A stretch of DNA of 64,000 nucleotides from an uncultured Candidatus Actinomarina sp. (GTDB lineage: Bacteria; Actinomycetota; Acidimicrobiia; Actinomarinales; Actinomarinaceae). The stretch's first letter is position 1. Every line of letters begins with the position of its first letter. Under the pieces are notes generated by a model. That model did not search any database, was not told where the DNA came from, and saw nothing but the letters and a program-made list of their open reading frames with translations. The translations under genes were made by a program, and so were the position numbers. The stretch is taken from the NCBI GenBank assembly GCA_902534495.1, contig CACAQC010000001.1, positions 13,174 through 77,173 of the forward strand. Reading direction: 5' to 3'. This document shows positions 46,463 to 56,703 of this stretch, in pieces.

Positions 46463-47128
46463 TTAGTAATTCCATAGAGGTTGTTCTAGATTCCAGTTTG
46501 TCTTGTTACCCCAGGTGTTTAAATAAGTTACATCATCAACCGGCTTTCGCTCGGCTACCCCCCATTTACCAAGTGGATATCCTGCAGTAATAGTCGCATT
46601 TAAGATCCAACCCTTGTCATTTGGTATGTTTAATACTTCAAAGACCTTTTCAGTTTCAAAACTCATAACTGTTGTTAAGCATGTACCAATACCATGGCCT
46701 CTCGCTGCTAACATTAAGTTCCATATCGCTGGGTAAATTGATGACCCTGTTGGATCATTTCTTGATAATGCTAAGACAAGCAAAGGTACTTTGTGATAAT
46801 TTTCTGCAAGCCAGGAAGCAGAGTTACTTATTCTTCTAATAGTCTCAATATCTTTAACGTCCTGTTTTTTTAAACTTGACGCACCAGGATCCTCAGCACT
46901 GTTTAAAAAAGAATTTATGTAGTAATCCCAAGTCTCCCTATAAATATTACTTAATTTTTCTCGTATATTTTTGTCTGTTACGACTAAAAATTTCCAATTT
47001 TGTCTGTTTGATCCACTAGGCGCACGTATTGCAGAATCAATCATTGACTTTATGATGTTGTCTGGAACAGGATCTTCTTTTACTCGCCGCATAGCCCTTG
47101 TTGTATAAAGTGCTTCGAATACATCCAT
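46463..47128 (-). CDS. Nitroreductase family protein
   Basis: TTRAMRR, APSGSNRQNW, NLMLAARGHGIG. Confidence 0.9.
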   Translation of the reverse strand: MDVFEALYTTRAMRRVKEDPVPDNIIKSMIDSAIRAPSGSNRQNWKFLVVTDKNIREKLSNIYRETWDYYINSFLNSAEDPGASSLKKQDVKDIETIRRISNSASWLAENYHKVPLLVLALSRNDPTGSSIYPAIWNLMLAARGHGIGTCLTTVMSFETEKVFEVLNIPNDKGWILNATITAGYPLGKWGVAERKPVDDVTYLNTWGNKTNWNLEQPLWNY

Positions 47129-47162
47129 CTTGTTATTTTAGTAATATAGAATCTAGGTAAGT

Positions 47163-47978
47163 ATGGATAAAAAAATATTTTCAGAAGTAATAGACAACGT
47201 AGGGTTAATTTGGTTCAACCGTCCAGAGAAGAAAAATGCATTAAATGATGAATTATGGTTTGGCCTACCAGAATTAATCAAAGAATTAGATGACAACAAT
47301 GAAGTAAGGGTAATTATTATTGCAGCGAAAGGGGACACCTTTTCTGCAGGTATAGACATAAATTTACTTGTAAGTGCTTTTGACTTGAATGAAGATTTAA
47401 AAACTAATGCAAAAGAAAGAATTGAAATCATGGAAATTACAAAAAAATTTCAAGATGCTTTTACTGCTGTTGCCAAGACTCAAAAACCAACAATTGCTGC
47501 TATTCAGGGACACAGCATTGGTGGGGCAACAAACTTAGTAGCATCTTGTGACATTAGACTTTCAACAAAAGATGCAAAATTTTCAATTGGAGAATCCAAG
47601 TTAGGGTTAGTTGCCGACGTGGGAGCCTTACAAAGAATGCCAAAGATTATCTCTAAAGGATTATTAAGGGAACTTGCGTATACTGGAAAAACTTTTGATG
47701 GTGAATACGCAATGGAAATAGGGTTTGTAAATCATACGTTTGATACCCATGAAGAACTTATAAATGGAGCCATGGATTTAGCCAAAGAAATTGCGTCTAA
47801 TTCACCTTTAGTAATGAGGGGAGTAAAGATGATTCTTGACAAAGGTGAAGAACTTACTTCTGATCAATCATTAGATCTAGTAAGAATGTGGAGTACTTCA
47901 TTTTTAAGTTCTGAAGATTTGAAAGAGGGTATCTATGCTCGAATGGAAAAAAGAGAACCTAAATTTAAAGGGGAATAA
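47163..47978 (+). CDS. Crotonase/enoyl-CoA hydratase family (dienoyl-CoA isomerase-like)
   Basis: NRPEKKNAL, FSAGID, IGGA, ESKLGLVADVGALQR. Confidence 0.9.
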   Translation: MDKKIFSEVIDNVGLIWFNRPEKKNALNDELWFGLPELIKELDDNNEVRVIIIAAKGDTFSAGIDINLLVSAFDLNEDLKTNAKERIEIMEITKKFQDAFTAVAKTQKPTIAAIQGHSIGGATNLVASCDIRLSTKDAKFSIGESKLGLVADVGALQRMPKIISKGLLRELAYTGKTFDGEYAMEIGFVNHTFDTHEELINGAMDLAKEIASNSPLVMRGVKMILDKGEELTSDQSLDLVRMWSTSFLSSEDLKEGIYARMEKREPKFKGE

Positions 47979-48956
47979 TTATAATTTTTCAAACTCTTTC
48001 AAGGCAAACCTGTCAGTCATACCTGCCACGTAGTCTACAGCGTTTTCTATTTCTAATTGACTAGTTCTATATTGTTTAGGTAACAAATCAGGATTATTAG
48101 CAAAATTCAAAACAAGCTTTTCAACAATTTTTTTTGCTTCTTCTCTTTCTTTTTTTGTTTCATCTCTAAGATATACTTTTTCAAACATAAATTTTCTAAG
48201 ATCATTCATAATATTTAAAACTTCTTCGTCCATTTTGACACTACCGTCCGAGGAAGCTTTAAATACTCCAGAAACTAGGGAATTTATCCATGTACTCCCT
48301 GGTTTACCAAGTTGAGAAATAATATGTTTTGGTATTTCATTTTTATTTAATACTCTAGCTCGAATTGCATCTTCAACATCGTGAGACAGATATGCGATTC
48401 TATCAGCATACCTGCAAATTAGACCTTCATTTGTAAAAGGAGGCTCCTTAAATTTCCATGGATGCTTTTCTATTCCATTAATGGTTTCCTTTGTAAGATT
48501 GAGTGGTTCAATTACTGATAACATTCTTACTGAGTTTTCGGAGTGACTCCATCCACCATCGAGTATTTCATTTAATACTTCTTCGCCGGTATGTCCAAAA
48601 GGGGAATGTCCTACATCATGACCCAAACATATTGCTTCAGTAAGATCTGTATTAAACCCTAACGTTTTTGCGATTGACCTTCCAATTTGTGTAACGTTTA
48701 GCGTGTGCGTCATTCTTGTAATAAAATGATCTCCATCAGGGTTTATAAAAACTTGTGTTTTATGTTTTAGTCGCCGAAAAGTTTTTGAGTGAATTATTCT
48801 ATCTCGATCTCTTTCAAAACATGTTCTAAAAGCATCTTCAGGTTCTTCTTCACTTCTTCCTTTCGAATCTCCAGAAAAAGTCGCATAACTTGATAATGTT
48901 ACGCGTTCATTTTGTTCTCTCCACTTTCTGTCTCTCAAGATAAATGAATCGTTCAT
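47979..48956 (-). CDS. dgt: Deoxyguanosinetriphosphate triphosphohydrolase (HD family)
   Basis: RDRDRIIHS, FRRLKHKTQV, TRMTH, HDVGHSPFGHTGE, ADRIAY..HD, DYVAGMTD. Confidence 0.93.
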   Translation of the reverse strand: MNDSFILRDRKWREQNERVTLSSYATFSGDSKGRSEEEPEDAFRTCFERDRDRIIHSKTFRRLKHKTQVFINPDGDHFITRMTHTLNVTQIGRSIAKTLGFNTDLTEAICLGHDVGHSPFGHTGEEVLNEILDGGWSHSENSVRMLSVIEPLNLTKETINGIEKHPWKFKEPPFTNEGLICRYADRIAYLSHDVEDAIRARVLNKNEIPKHIISQLGKPGSTWINSLVSGVFKASSDGSVKMDEEVLNIMNDLRKFMFEKVYLRDETKKEREEAKKIVEKLVLNFANNPDLLPKQYRTSQLEIENAVDYVAGMTDRFALKEFEKL

Positions 48957-48965
48957 ATAATTACT

Positions 48966-49517
48966 TTACAAGTTGTGTTCCTCAAGTAAAGAAGTTAATT
49001 CTGCCCAGTTGTGTATATCTACAGCACCTCTTACAGGTCTGTTGTACTCTCTCACAAAACGTAAAATTAATTTGTCAGGTACTTTTTTCACAAAGTTTTC
49101 TATTTGATGTGGTGCATCATCAATGTAAACATCACACTCAACACTCCACTTATCCTCAATAAAATGTATTTCTCTTGAAGGAATTTTGTTTTCACCAAGC
49201 CACATTAAAGTATCGTGTATTGACCACCATGGCTTTGAAGATAAAATAACAATTTCATGTCCACTTATAGCAAGCTTAGTTAAAACTTCAACAGAATTTT
49301 CGTAGGTTTCTAAATTTCTAAATATTGAACTTCCGTTAATCTCTTTAGCCCAGTCCCAGAAATCTAGTTCTGTTTCGAAATGTGTCAAAGGTTTAGATAA
49401 TCCCCAATTATTAATATCTGATTCAAGTATTTCTTTACCAAATTCTATTTTGTAATGCTCTGTCCAGCCTTTAGTAAAATTGGCAACAACACCATCTAAG
49501 TCAACTCCTATTCTCAT
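48966..49517 (-). CDS. 5'(3')-deoxyribonucleotidase, NT5C/HAD family (start revised from 49568)
   Basis: MRIGVDLDGV, YIDD; TAAACT 7 nt upstream of ATG 49517. Confidence 0.85.
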   Translation of the reverse strand: MRIGVDLDGVVANFTKGWTEHYKIEFGKEILESDINNWGLSKPLTHFETELDFWDWAKEINGSSIFRNLETYENSVEVLTKLAISGHEIVILSSKPWWSIHDTLMWLGENKIPSREIHFIEDKWSVECDVYIDDAPHQIENFVKKVPDKLILRFVREYNRPVRGAVDIHNWAELTSLLEEHNL

Positions 49518-49576
49518 TTGACTTAGTTTAATTGTATAGTGCATTATAGAAAGTAAAGATATTACCATTTATAGAT

Positions 49577-51106
49577 ATGCAAGAAGCCTTATATAGAAAA
49601 TACAGACCTGATAGCTTAAAAAAGTTAGTGGGACAATCTGATGCTGTAACGTTAATTGAAAAGCAAATAAAGAATAATAATTTAAGTCATGCATACTTAT
49701 TTTCTGGACCAAGAGGTGTTGGCAAAACCTCACTTGCAAGAATAATTGCAACTACTTTGGGTTGTGATCCGGTCTTTGATATTACAGAAATAGATGCAGC
49801 TTCCCATAATAAGGTTGATGACATTAGAGAGTTGAACGACAGTATCAACTTTATAGCAAGTAGCCCTGGTAAAAAGAGAGTATTTATTTTAGATGAAGTA
49901 CATATGTTATCTAATGCAGCATCAAATGCATTTTTAAAAACTTTAGAGGAACCACCAGAGCACGTGATATTCATACTTGCAACCACAGAACCTGAAAGAG
50001 TATTAGAAACTATTAAAAGCAGAACAACTCACATAGCTTTTAAAAGAATTGGGAATGATGAAATTATAAGCACACTTAATGAGATTGGTAAAAATGAAAA
50101 AATAAAAATTAACGATGATGTCTTAAGCTATATTGCTAATCAAAGCGACGGTTCATTACGTGATGCAATAAATCTTTTTGAACAAACCCATAATACATTC
50201 GGTAATAAAGCAACCATCGATGACTTATACAGTATTCTTGGCAAGGTATCTATTGCTGATTTACAACAAATTATTGAGTCTATCAATACACAAGATACAT
50301 CTGAGATTCTAAATATTCTTAAAGTTAACTACAGCAAAGGGCTTCAGCCTTTGGACATCCTAAATTCTATTACCGAGTTGTTTAGGAATATTTTTTACTT
50401 CAAATATTTGCCAGATGATGATACTTTTTTAGCTATTAGCGAAAGTGAAAACACATTAGTAAAACATTCAAATGAATTTATAACTGCTAAGCAGCTATCT
50501 AGAGTCTTAGATTTATTAGATGAACTTAACCAAACAATTGTCAATGCACCTTCTCAAGAACTAAAGTTGGAATTATTCCTTATTAAATTAATTAAACCCC
50601 AACTCGCATCTGATATAAAATCAATTTCAAGGCGAGTCGACCTTTTAGAGGGTAAACAGAACATTCAAGAAGATGTTGTTAAAGAAACCCCTTCTTCAAA
50701 ACAAATGCCAAAACCAAAACAAAATACTGAAAAAAAAACTAAAAGCACAATTAAAGCCCCAAAAAAAGATTTAGAAAATTTTGATGTATATTGGCCAAAA
50801 ATACTTCAAGAAGGAAAGAACACACTTACACCTAGAAAATATTCCTATATTACTTTGGTAAGCCCTCAGATAGAAGACAAGGAAAACCTGACTCTTTATG
50901 TTGATGATGAGAATGATTATTTAATTACTGAGTTAAAAAAATCGCAAGATATTTTGGAATTTATTGAATCAGAAATAGCAAAAATAATGGGACTAAAAGT
51001 TTCTATACAGGTAAAGGCAGCAAAAGGATTATCGGAAAACTCTAGTACAGAAAACAATGTTCAAGAAAACATCAGTGAAGTTTTTAATATCGAAAATATT
51101 GACTAA
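49577..51106 (+). CDS. dnaX: DNA polymerase III subunit gamma/tau
   Basis: LYRKYRP, GPRGVGKTS, EIDAAS, DEVHML, LKTLEEPP, SRT, GSLRDA. Confidence 0.95.
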   Translation: MQEALYRKYRPDSLKKLVGQSDAVTLIEKQIKNNNLSHAYLFSGPRGVGKTSLARIIATTLGCDPVFDITEIDAASHNKVDDIRELNDSINFIASSPGKKRVFILDEVHMLSNAASNAFLKTLEEPPEHVIFILATTEPERVLETIKSRTTHIAFKRIGNDEIISTLNEIGKNEKIKINDDVLSYIANQSDGSLRDAINLFEQTHNTFGNKATIDDLYSILGKVSIADLQQIIESINTQDTSEILNILKVNYSKGLQPLDILNSITELFRNIFYFKYLPDDDTFLAISESENTLVKHSNEFITAKQLSRVLDLLDELNQTIVNAPSQELKLELFLIKLIKPQLASDIKSISRRVDLLEGKQNIQEDVVKETPSSKQMPKPKQNTEKKTKSTIKAPKKDLENFDVYWPKILQEGKNTLTPRKYSYITLVSPQIEDKENLTLYVDDENDYLITELKKSQDILEFIESEIAKIMGLKVSIQVKAAKGLSENSSTENNVQENISEVFNIENID

Positions 51107-51444
51107 TTTTCTTTAAGATTTAATTCACTTAAAGCGACTGTTATTCTTCGAGATCCTTGATTTTGAGCACTTTTACACAACTCTATAAAACTTCTTAACT
51201 CTCCAGTTCTGAATTTTTTTAGTTCGTCTCCAGACTCAACTTTTGTGTTTCTTTCTCTTTCAAGTAATTTTATCTCTATTTCTTTAGCTCTTGCTAGATA
51301 TGTACTGCTAACTTCAAAAAGTGTATCAACCCCATCTGCAATCGGGGGGTTAATGTGCCCCATTAACACATTTATATAATCGTTTATTTCCTCATGCAAT
51401 TCTTGTGCACTGGACAGACCTTTTTTTAATGGAAATTTTTGCAT
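51103..51444 (-). CDS. Hypothetical helical protein
   Basis: 113-aa ORF translationally coupled to murJ. Confidence 0.7.
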   Translation of the reverse strand: MQKFPLKKGLSSAQELHEEINDYINVLMGHINPPIADGVDTLFEVSSTYLARAKEIEIKLLERERNTKVESGDELKKFRTGELRSFIELCKSAQNQGSRRITVALSELNLKEN

Positions 51445-52925
51445 TAGTTTCTTTTCGTAATATTTATATATTCAAATTTTAGCAATACAAGAAAAGTAAA
51501 AGATAAACCTACAATACTTATAAAGCTTGTTGAAAGTTGTATGAATGTACTTTCAAAAACTAACAATTCAGAAAGAAAGAATGATAGTACCAAAATTGCA
51601 CATGATTTAACGTTATCTTTAACTAGAGATAGGTTAAGTACTTTTATATTTTTAACTTTTAAATTAATCAGTAAATATATTGAATAAACAAATAAAGACA
51701 ATGTTATTAGTAGAGCATAAGTCTGTGCATTTTTATTGTTTATAACAAGCAAAAGAACCGCAGTTAATATAGAAATAACAGTACCGCTTATTACAGGAAA
51801 CCAGAATAATTTTTGAACATAATATGATCTTGTAAGAACTTGATTCATAGACCAAGGCAATATAGCAAAAACAACAATTGAAAATATACTGGCCACAGTT
51901 AATGTGTTTGTTGAATTGAAAGCTCCACGTTCGTAAATTATAGAAATTATAGATTCAGCATTAGCAAGACAGAAAACCATAACGGCACCATTGAATAAAA
52001 ACAGATAAGAAAGTTGTTTTCTAACTAGAAGTACTAATTCTTCTATTTTGTCTGCTTTGAACAATCTTGCAAGCAATGGATAACTTGCAACACCAATAGC
52101 TTGAGCAATTATACCAACTGGAAGTATGGCAATCCTGCGTGCGTATCGAAAAGTTGCAACACTACCAACAGTAAGCATTGACCCAAAAATTCTGAAAAGT
52201 TGTTCATCAATTACAGCAATTGATTGTCCAATTACAAGGGGTAAAGAGATAAATAGATACTCTTTCAAATATCTCAGTCGAGGAGGTACAAAACTGTATT
52301 TTAGACCCGACCTCGATGCACCAATAACCTGAATTATTAAATGGCCAATCACTGAACCGACTAAAGTACCTATTGCGAAACCTTTAACTGTACTTTCTGG
52401 AGAACTAGAATTAATCCAACCAAAAAATATAATTGTACTGTTGTAAACCAATGGGGCAAGTGATGCAAATAAGAAGTTTTCCTTTAAATACTGATAAGAC
52501 ATAAGGATTGCCCCTATAAAAAAGAATATTTGACTAAATACAATTGGGGTAAATATCTCAATAAAGAATGCAGGTGACTCAACATTTAGAACCTCTGACA
52601 ATTGGTATCTAAACAAGAAAACTATGGCTGAAAATAAAATAAAAACCAAAGACAACCCATATAAAAGTGACAAGAAATAGTTATTTAATTTTTCTTCTGA
52701 CTTACTACTCATTAAGGGAATCAGAGTTATGGCAAGGTAACCTCCAGCTGAAAGATAAAACAAGAAATCTGGAATTATAAATGCTAAATCAAGTGTGTCT
52801 GTCGCACCTGAAACTCCAGTCCATTTAGCTAGAAGAATCTCTCTAAAAAATCCTAAAAGTCTACTAGCAGCATACGAAGCTGTAACTATAGATATAGAAC
52901 CCATCAATTTTTTATAGTTTTGCAT
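51444..52925 (-). CDS. murJ: Lipid II flippase MurJ (MviN)
   Basis: SRLLGFFRE, IIYERGAF, RSYY; 12-14 TM helices. Confidence 0.9.
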   Translation of the reverse strand: MQNYKKLMGSISIVTASYAASRLLGFFREILLAKWTGVSGATDTLDLAFIIPDFLFYLSAGGYLAITLIPLMSSKSEEKLNNYFLSLLYGLSLVFILFSAIVFLFRYQLSEVLNVESPAFFIEIFTPIVFSQIFFFIGAILMSYQYLKENFLFASLAPLVYNSTIIFFGWINSSSPESTVKGFAIGTLVGSVIGHLIIQVIGASRSGLKYSFVPPRLRYLKEYLFISLPLVIGQSIAVIDEQLFRIFGSMLTVGSVATFRYARRIAILPVGIIAQAIGVASYPLLARLFKADKIEELVLLVRKQLSYLFLFNGAVMVFCLANAESIISIIYERGAFNSTNTLTVASIFSIVVFAILPWSMNQVLTRSYYVQKLFWFPVISGTVISILTAVLLLVINNKNAQTYALLITLSLFVYSIYLLINLKVKNIKVLNLSLVKDNVKSCAILVLSFFLSELLVFESTFIQLSTSFISIVGLSFTFLVLLKFEYINITKRN

Positions 52926-53790
52926 AAGCTTCTTCCATTCTAGATAATAAATTTAAGGGAACTTTTATTGGATTATTTTCATAACCTATTCCAAGCAAAT
53001 TATTTGGCTTATTTTCACCATGAAAATCACTCCCACCAGAAATTAATAGATCTAAACTTTCACAAATTTCAATAAGTTGAGCCTTTACAGAATTGTTATA
53101 ACCTGGGTAGTAAACTTCTAGACCACTCAGTCCCATCATTTTTATTTGTTTTAGATAGGTCAAAAATTCTGAAGTAACCCAATTTTGATTTTTTTTGTAT
53201 GATTCACTACTCATAAGAGTATGAGGGTGTGCTAAAAAAATTAGTGACTTTGATTCTTTTGATAATTGAATTATTTCTTCAATATCAAGTTGATGAGTAT
53301 CTATATTGGGGATGACCCCATTTCTTAAGAATTTTGTAAAGGCTTCACTTACATTTCTTACATACTGTTTTTCAACCATTATCTGTGCAATGTGTGGTCT
53401 ACCAGGCACCTTAGTTTTTACGAGATCTAGCTCAGATTTTTCAATACTTATGCCTGATTTCTTCAAGCTTTCAAGAATTATATAATTTCTCTCTTTTTTC
53501 TTATTTCTAATCTCTTCGAGTCTTACGTTTAAACTTGTGTTTCTGTCTAAAAAATAGACTAAGAGATGAATACCAGCAAATGGATTTTTTGACTTTAATT
53601 CCTTCCAATCTGCACCAACTTCAATTCCTTTAACTATTTTTATGTCATTATCGGAAGGCACCTCAGTTAAATATTCATGATCTGTTATTGATATTGCTTC
53701 TAACTGTAATTCCTTAGAAAGATTCACAATTTCCTCTACTGAGAAGGTTCCATCAGAATTAACTGAGTGAATGTGCAAATCTATACTCAT
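52912..53790 (-). CDS. PHP domain phosphoesterase (TrpH/YciV-like)
   Basis: DLHIHSVNSDG, ITDH, GRPH, LAHP, GGSDFHG. Confidence 0.9.
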   Translation of the reverse strand: MSIDLHIHSVNSDGTFSVEEIVNLSKELQLEAISITDHEYLTEVPSDNDIKIVKGIEVGADWKELKSKNPFAGIHLLVYFLDRNTSLNVRLEEIRNKKKERNYIILESLKKSGISIEKSELDLVKTKVPGRPHIAQIMVEKQYVRNVSEAFTKFLRNGVIPNIDTHQLDIEEIIQLSKESKSLIFLAHPHTLMSSESYKKNQNWVTSEFLTYLKQIKMMGLSGLEVYYPGYNNSVKAQLIEICESLDLLISGGSDFHGENKPNNLLGIGYENNPIKVPLNLLSRMEEAYAKL

Positions 53791-53846
53791 AAAAACTAGA
53801 GTACTAGGGTCTTTAATTCTTTAATAAATTAATTAGAATGTTTCCA

Positions 53847-55055
53847 ATGAAATTAATCGTACAAAAATTTGGTGGAACTAGCGTAGCTGACACAAGCTCG
53901 TTAAAAATAGTTGCGGAGAGAATAATTGACCGTAAGAAAGAAGGGTATGAAGTTGTAGTTGTGCCTTCAGCAATGGGATCAAGCACAGATGAATTAATTG
54001 ATTTAGCCAATGAGCTTTCCGAACAACCGACTCCACGTGAGATGGATATGTTGTTATCTGCTGGCGAGAGAATAACCATGTCACTACTTTCAATGCATTT
54101 AAATAGTTTGGGTCATAGTTCATTTTCTCTTACAGGTTCTCAAGCTGGAATAATTACTACATCTAGGCACGGCAAAGCAGAAATTGAAGAAATCTCAGGT
54201 GAAAGAGTTAGAGAGGGCATTGAACGAGGAGACATTGTTATTGTTGCAGGATTCCAAGGCTTTAATCGTGACACGAAAGAAATAACAACCTTAGGCAGAG
54301 GAGGATCTGATGCCACTGCGGTTGCTTTAGCAGCTGCCCTTGGTGCTGAAAAGTGTGAAATATTTACAGATGTGGAGGGGGTGTTTACTGCGGATCCTAG
54401 AATTATTAATTCAGCAAAGCTAATTGATGAAATTACTTATGACGAGATGCTTGAAATGTCTTCTTCGGGAGCAGGCGTATTAATGGCTAGGTCTGTAGAA
54501 TTTGGTAGAAGGTATAATGTGCCAATAATTGTAAAATCAACTTTTACAAACAATAAAGGTACCGTAGTGAAAGAAAAAACAATGGAAGAGGCAATTGTAA
54601 GTGGGGTAACCCATAATGATAAAGAGGTTAAGTTCACACTTTTTGGTGTTCCTGATCAGCCAGGCATTGCTGGTACAGTTTTTGGGTCTCTTTCAGAGAT
54701 TGGAATAAATGTTGATATGATTGTTCAAAACGTTTCTAAAGAATCAATTACTGACATTTCATTTACTGCTCCCACCGAACAACAAAAAGATGTAGAAGAT
54801 GCTTTAAAAAATATTTCAAAACAACTCGATGCAAAAGGTTATGACGTAGATGAAAATATCGCTCGAATTTCTATAATCGGTGCAGGTATGAAATCAGAAT
54901 CGGGAGTTGCCTCAAAAATGTTTAAAACTTTGGGAGATAATAAAATTAATATATCAATGATATCGACCTCTCCTATCAGAGTATCCTGTGTTATCAGCAG
55001 TAATGATATTGAGAAGGCTCTTAATGTCCTACATGAAGAATTCATAACAAACTAA
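53847..55055 (+). CDS. ask: Aspartate kinase with ACT domains
   Basis: VQKFGGTS, SAMG, AGFQG, LGRGGSD, TDVEGV; ATG 53847 preceded by TAGAAT. Confidence 0.95.
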   Translation: MKLIVQKFGGTSVADTSSLKIVAERIIDRKKEGYEVVVVPSAMGSSTDELIDLANELSEQPTPREMDMLLSAGERITMSLLSMHLNSLGHSSFSLTGSQAGIITTSRHGKAEIEEISGERVREGIERGDIVIVAGFQGFNRDTKEITTLGRGGSDATAVALAAALGAEKCEIFTDVEGVFTADPRIINSAKLIDEITYDEMLEMSSSGAGVLMARSVEFGRRYNVPIIVKSTFTNNKGTVVKEKTMEEAIVSGVTHNDKEVKFTLFGVPDQPGIAGTVFGSLSEIGINVDMIVQNVSKESITDISFTAPTEQQKDVEDALKNISKQLDAKGYDVDENIARISIIGAGMKSESGVASKMFKTLGDNKINISMISTSPIRVSCVISSNDIEKALNVLHEEFITN

Positions 55056-56041
55056 TGAAAATAGCCATTATTGGGGCAACTGGATTAGTTGGTCGTAAAA
55101 TCATAAATCTATCAGAAGAGTATTTTTCGAAAGACACTTCATACACTTTCTTTGCATCACATAAATCAAAAGGCACTGAATTAGAAATAAATAAAGATAA
55201 GTTGATTGTTAAAGAGTTAGTTGATGAAAATATATCAGAATTTGATATTGCCCTTTTTTCAGCTGGTGGTGATAGATCCAGGGAATTTGCCAAGAAGTTT
55301 GTAGAACATGGAGCTTATGTCATTGATAACTCATCAGCTTTCAGACATGACAATGAAGTCCCCTTAGTAGTTTATGGAATTAATGAAGAAACTATAAATA
55401 GCAAAACAAAACTAATTGCTAATCCAAACTGTACAACTATGGGTTTAGTTATGGCTTTAAAACCTCTCCATGATAAATTTGACCTTAAATCTATTACGCC
55501 AGTCGCGTATCAAGCAGTATCAGGCTCAGGAACACAAGCGGTGGATTCTCTTAATAGAGAAATTGAAATGGGAGAGGAATTGAAAGATGATTATGCAGAT
55601 GGCTTTTATTCGAGACCGATTGCGAAAAATGTTATTCCAATTGCTGGAAACTTATTAGAGAACGGATATTCTGACGAAGAAATGAAGTTTGTAAATGAAT
55701 CAAGAAAGATACTTTCTATAGACGACTTAATTGTAGAGCCTTCAAACGCTAGGGTTGGAGTAAAAACAGGACACGGAACATTCTGTTCAGCAGTTTTTGA
55801 AAATGAAGTTACAAGAGAGTCTGCAATTGACGTAATCAAGAATTTTGATGGCATCGAATATTGGGATGATCCACTACCTACTCCACTTGATGCTGAAGGA
55901 AGAGATGATGTTTTGGTATCAAGAATGAGAGAGGGTATTTCATCAAAAAAAATACTCAACTTTTGGGTTGTTTCCGATAACTTACTCAAAGGTGCAGCAC
56001 TTAATGCAGTTCAAATAGCAAAACATGTGTCAGAGTTATGA
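55055..56041 (+). CDS. asd: Aspartate-semialdehyde dehydrogenase
   Basis: GATGLVG, DNSSAFR, ANPNCTT, YQAVSGSG, DNLLKGAALNAVQ. Confidence 0.96.
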   Translation: MKIAIIGATGLVGRKIINLSEEYFSKDTSYTFFASHKSKGTELEINKDKLIVKELVDENISEFDIALFSAGGDRSREFAKKFVEHGAYVIDNSSAFRHDNEVPLVVYGINEETINSKTKLIANPNCTTMGLVMALKPLHDKFDLKSITPVAYQAVSGSGTQAVDSLNREIEMGEELKDDYADGFYSRPIAKNVIPIAGNLLENGYSDEEMKFVNESRKILSIDDLIVEPSNARVGVKTGHGTFCSAVFENEVTRESAIDVIKNFDGIEYWDDPLPTPLDAEGRDDVLVSRMREGISSKKILNFWVVSDNLLKGAALNAVQIAKHVSEL

Positions 56042-56703
56042 ATGAGACAAATTATAACAACCTAGCAATTAAGAAAAGAAGAATTCTTGGCCCCCTTGGA
56101 AGGTTTTTAATGAAACTATTTAGATGGGATATTAAAGGCGAAATTCCAGATTTAAGAAAAATGATTCTTATTGGTCTACCTCACACAGCAATGCGAGATG
56201 CTTGGTATGCTCTTTTAGCAGTTTGGTCTTTAGATCTAAAAATTAATTTTTTTGGCGCTGCATGGATATTTACTCGATTACCTAGCTTGTTTACTATCTC
56301 AAAAAATTTAGACAGACTAGGTGTTCCGTGGCCATTTTGGTGGTTACAAAAATATCTTTTATTAAAACTTGGTGGAATTCCTGTATATAGAGTTAATTCA
56401 AAAGGCCTAATTTATGGAGCAGTTGAAGAGTTCAAAAAAATAGATAACTATATTTTAGTTATTGCACCTGAGGCTGGCACAGAGCCAGTGTCTGAGTTTA
56501 GAAGTGGTTTTTACTATCTAGCAAAAGGGCTAAATATACCTCTTGTGCCCATAGCTATAGATTTCAAAAATCGCTGTTTTTCAATTAGGCAATATTATTT
56601 TGTAAAAGGTACGTTTGAGGAAGAGTCCCAAAAGCTTGTTAATCAATTTAAGGGAGTACAAGGAGCAACTCGAGTGTTTAAAATGTTAGAAAAAACGGAA
56701 TAA
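56038..56703 (+). CDS. PlsC-like glycerolipid acyltransferase
   Basis: PHTAMRD (HxxxxD), GGIPV, IAPEAG, SGFYYLA. Confidence 0.8.
   Translation: MNETNYNNLAIKKRRILGPLGRFLMKLFRWDIKGEIPDLRKMILIGLPHTAMRDAWYALLAVWSLDLKINFFGAAWIFTRLPSLFTISKNLDRLGVPWPFWWLQKYLLLKLGGIPVYRVNSKGLIYGAVEEFKKIDNYILVIAPEAGTEPVSEFRSGFYYLAKGLNIPLVPIAIDFKNRCFSIRQYYFVKGTFEEESQKLVNQFKGVQGATRVFKMLEKTE

Noticed and set aside
50730-50770. A9 run and A-AAA-AAA in the dnaX linker as a gamma-producing slippage or frameshift site
   Set aside because: Position is plausible, but A8 runs occur in several other genes here and I saw no stimulatory hairpin or SD
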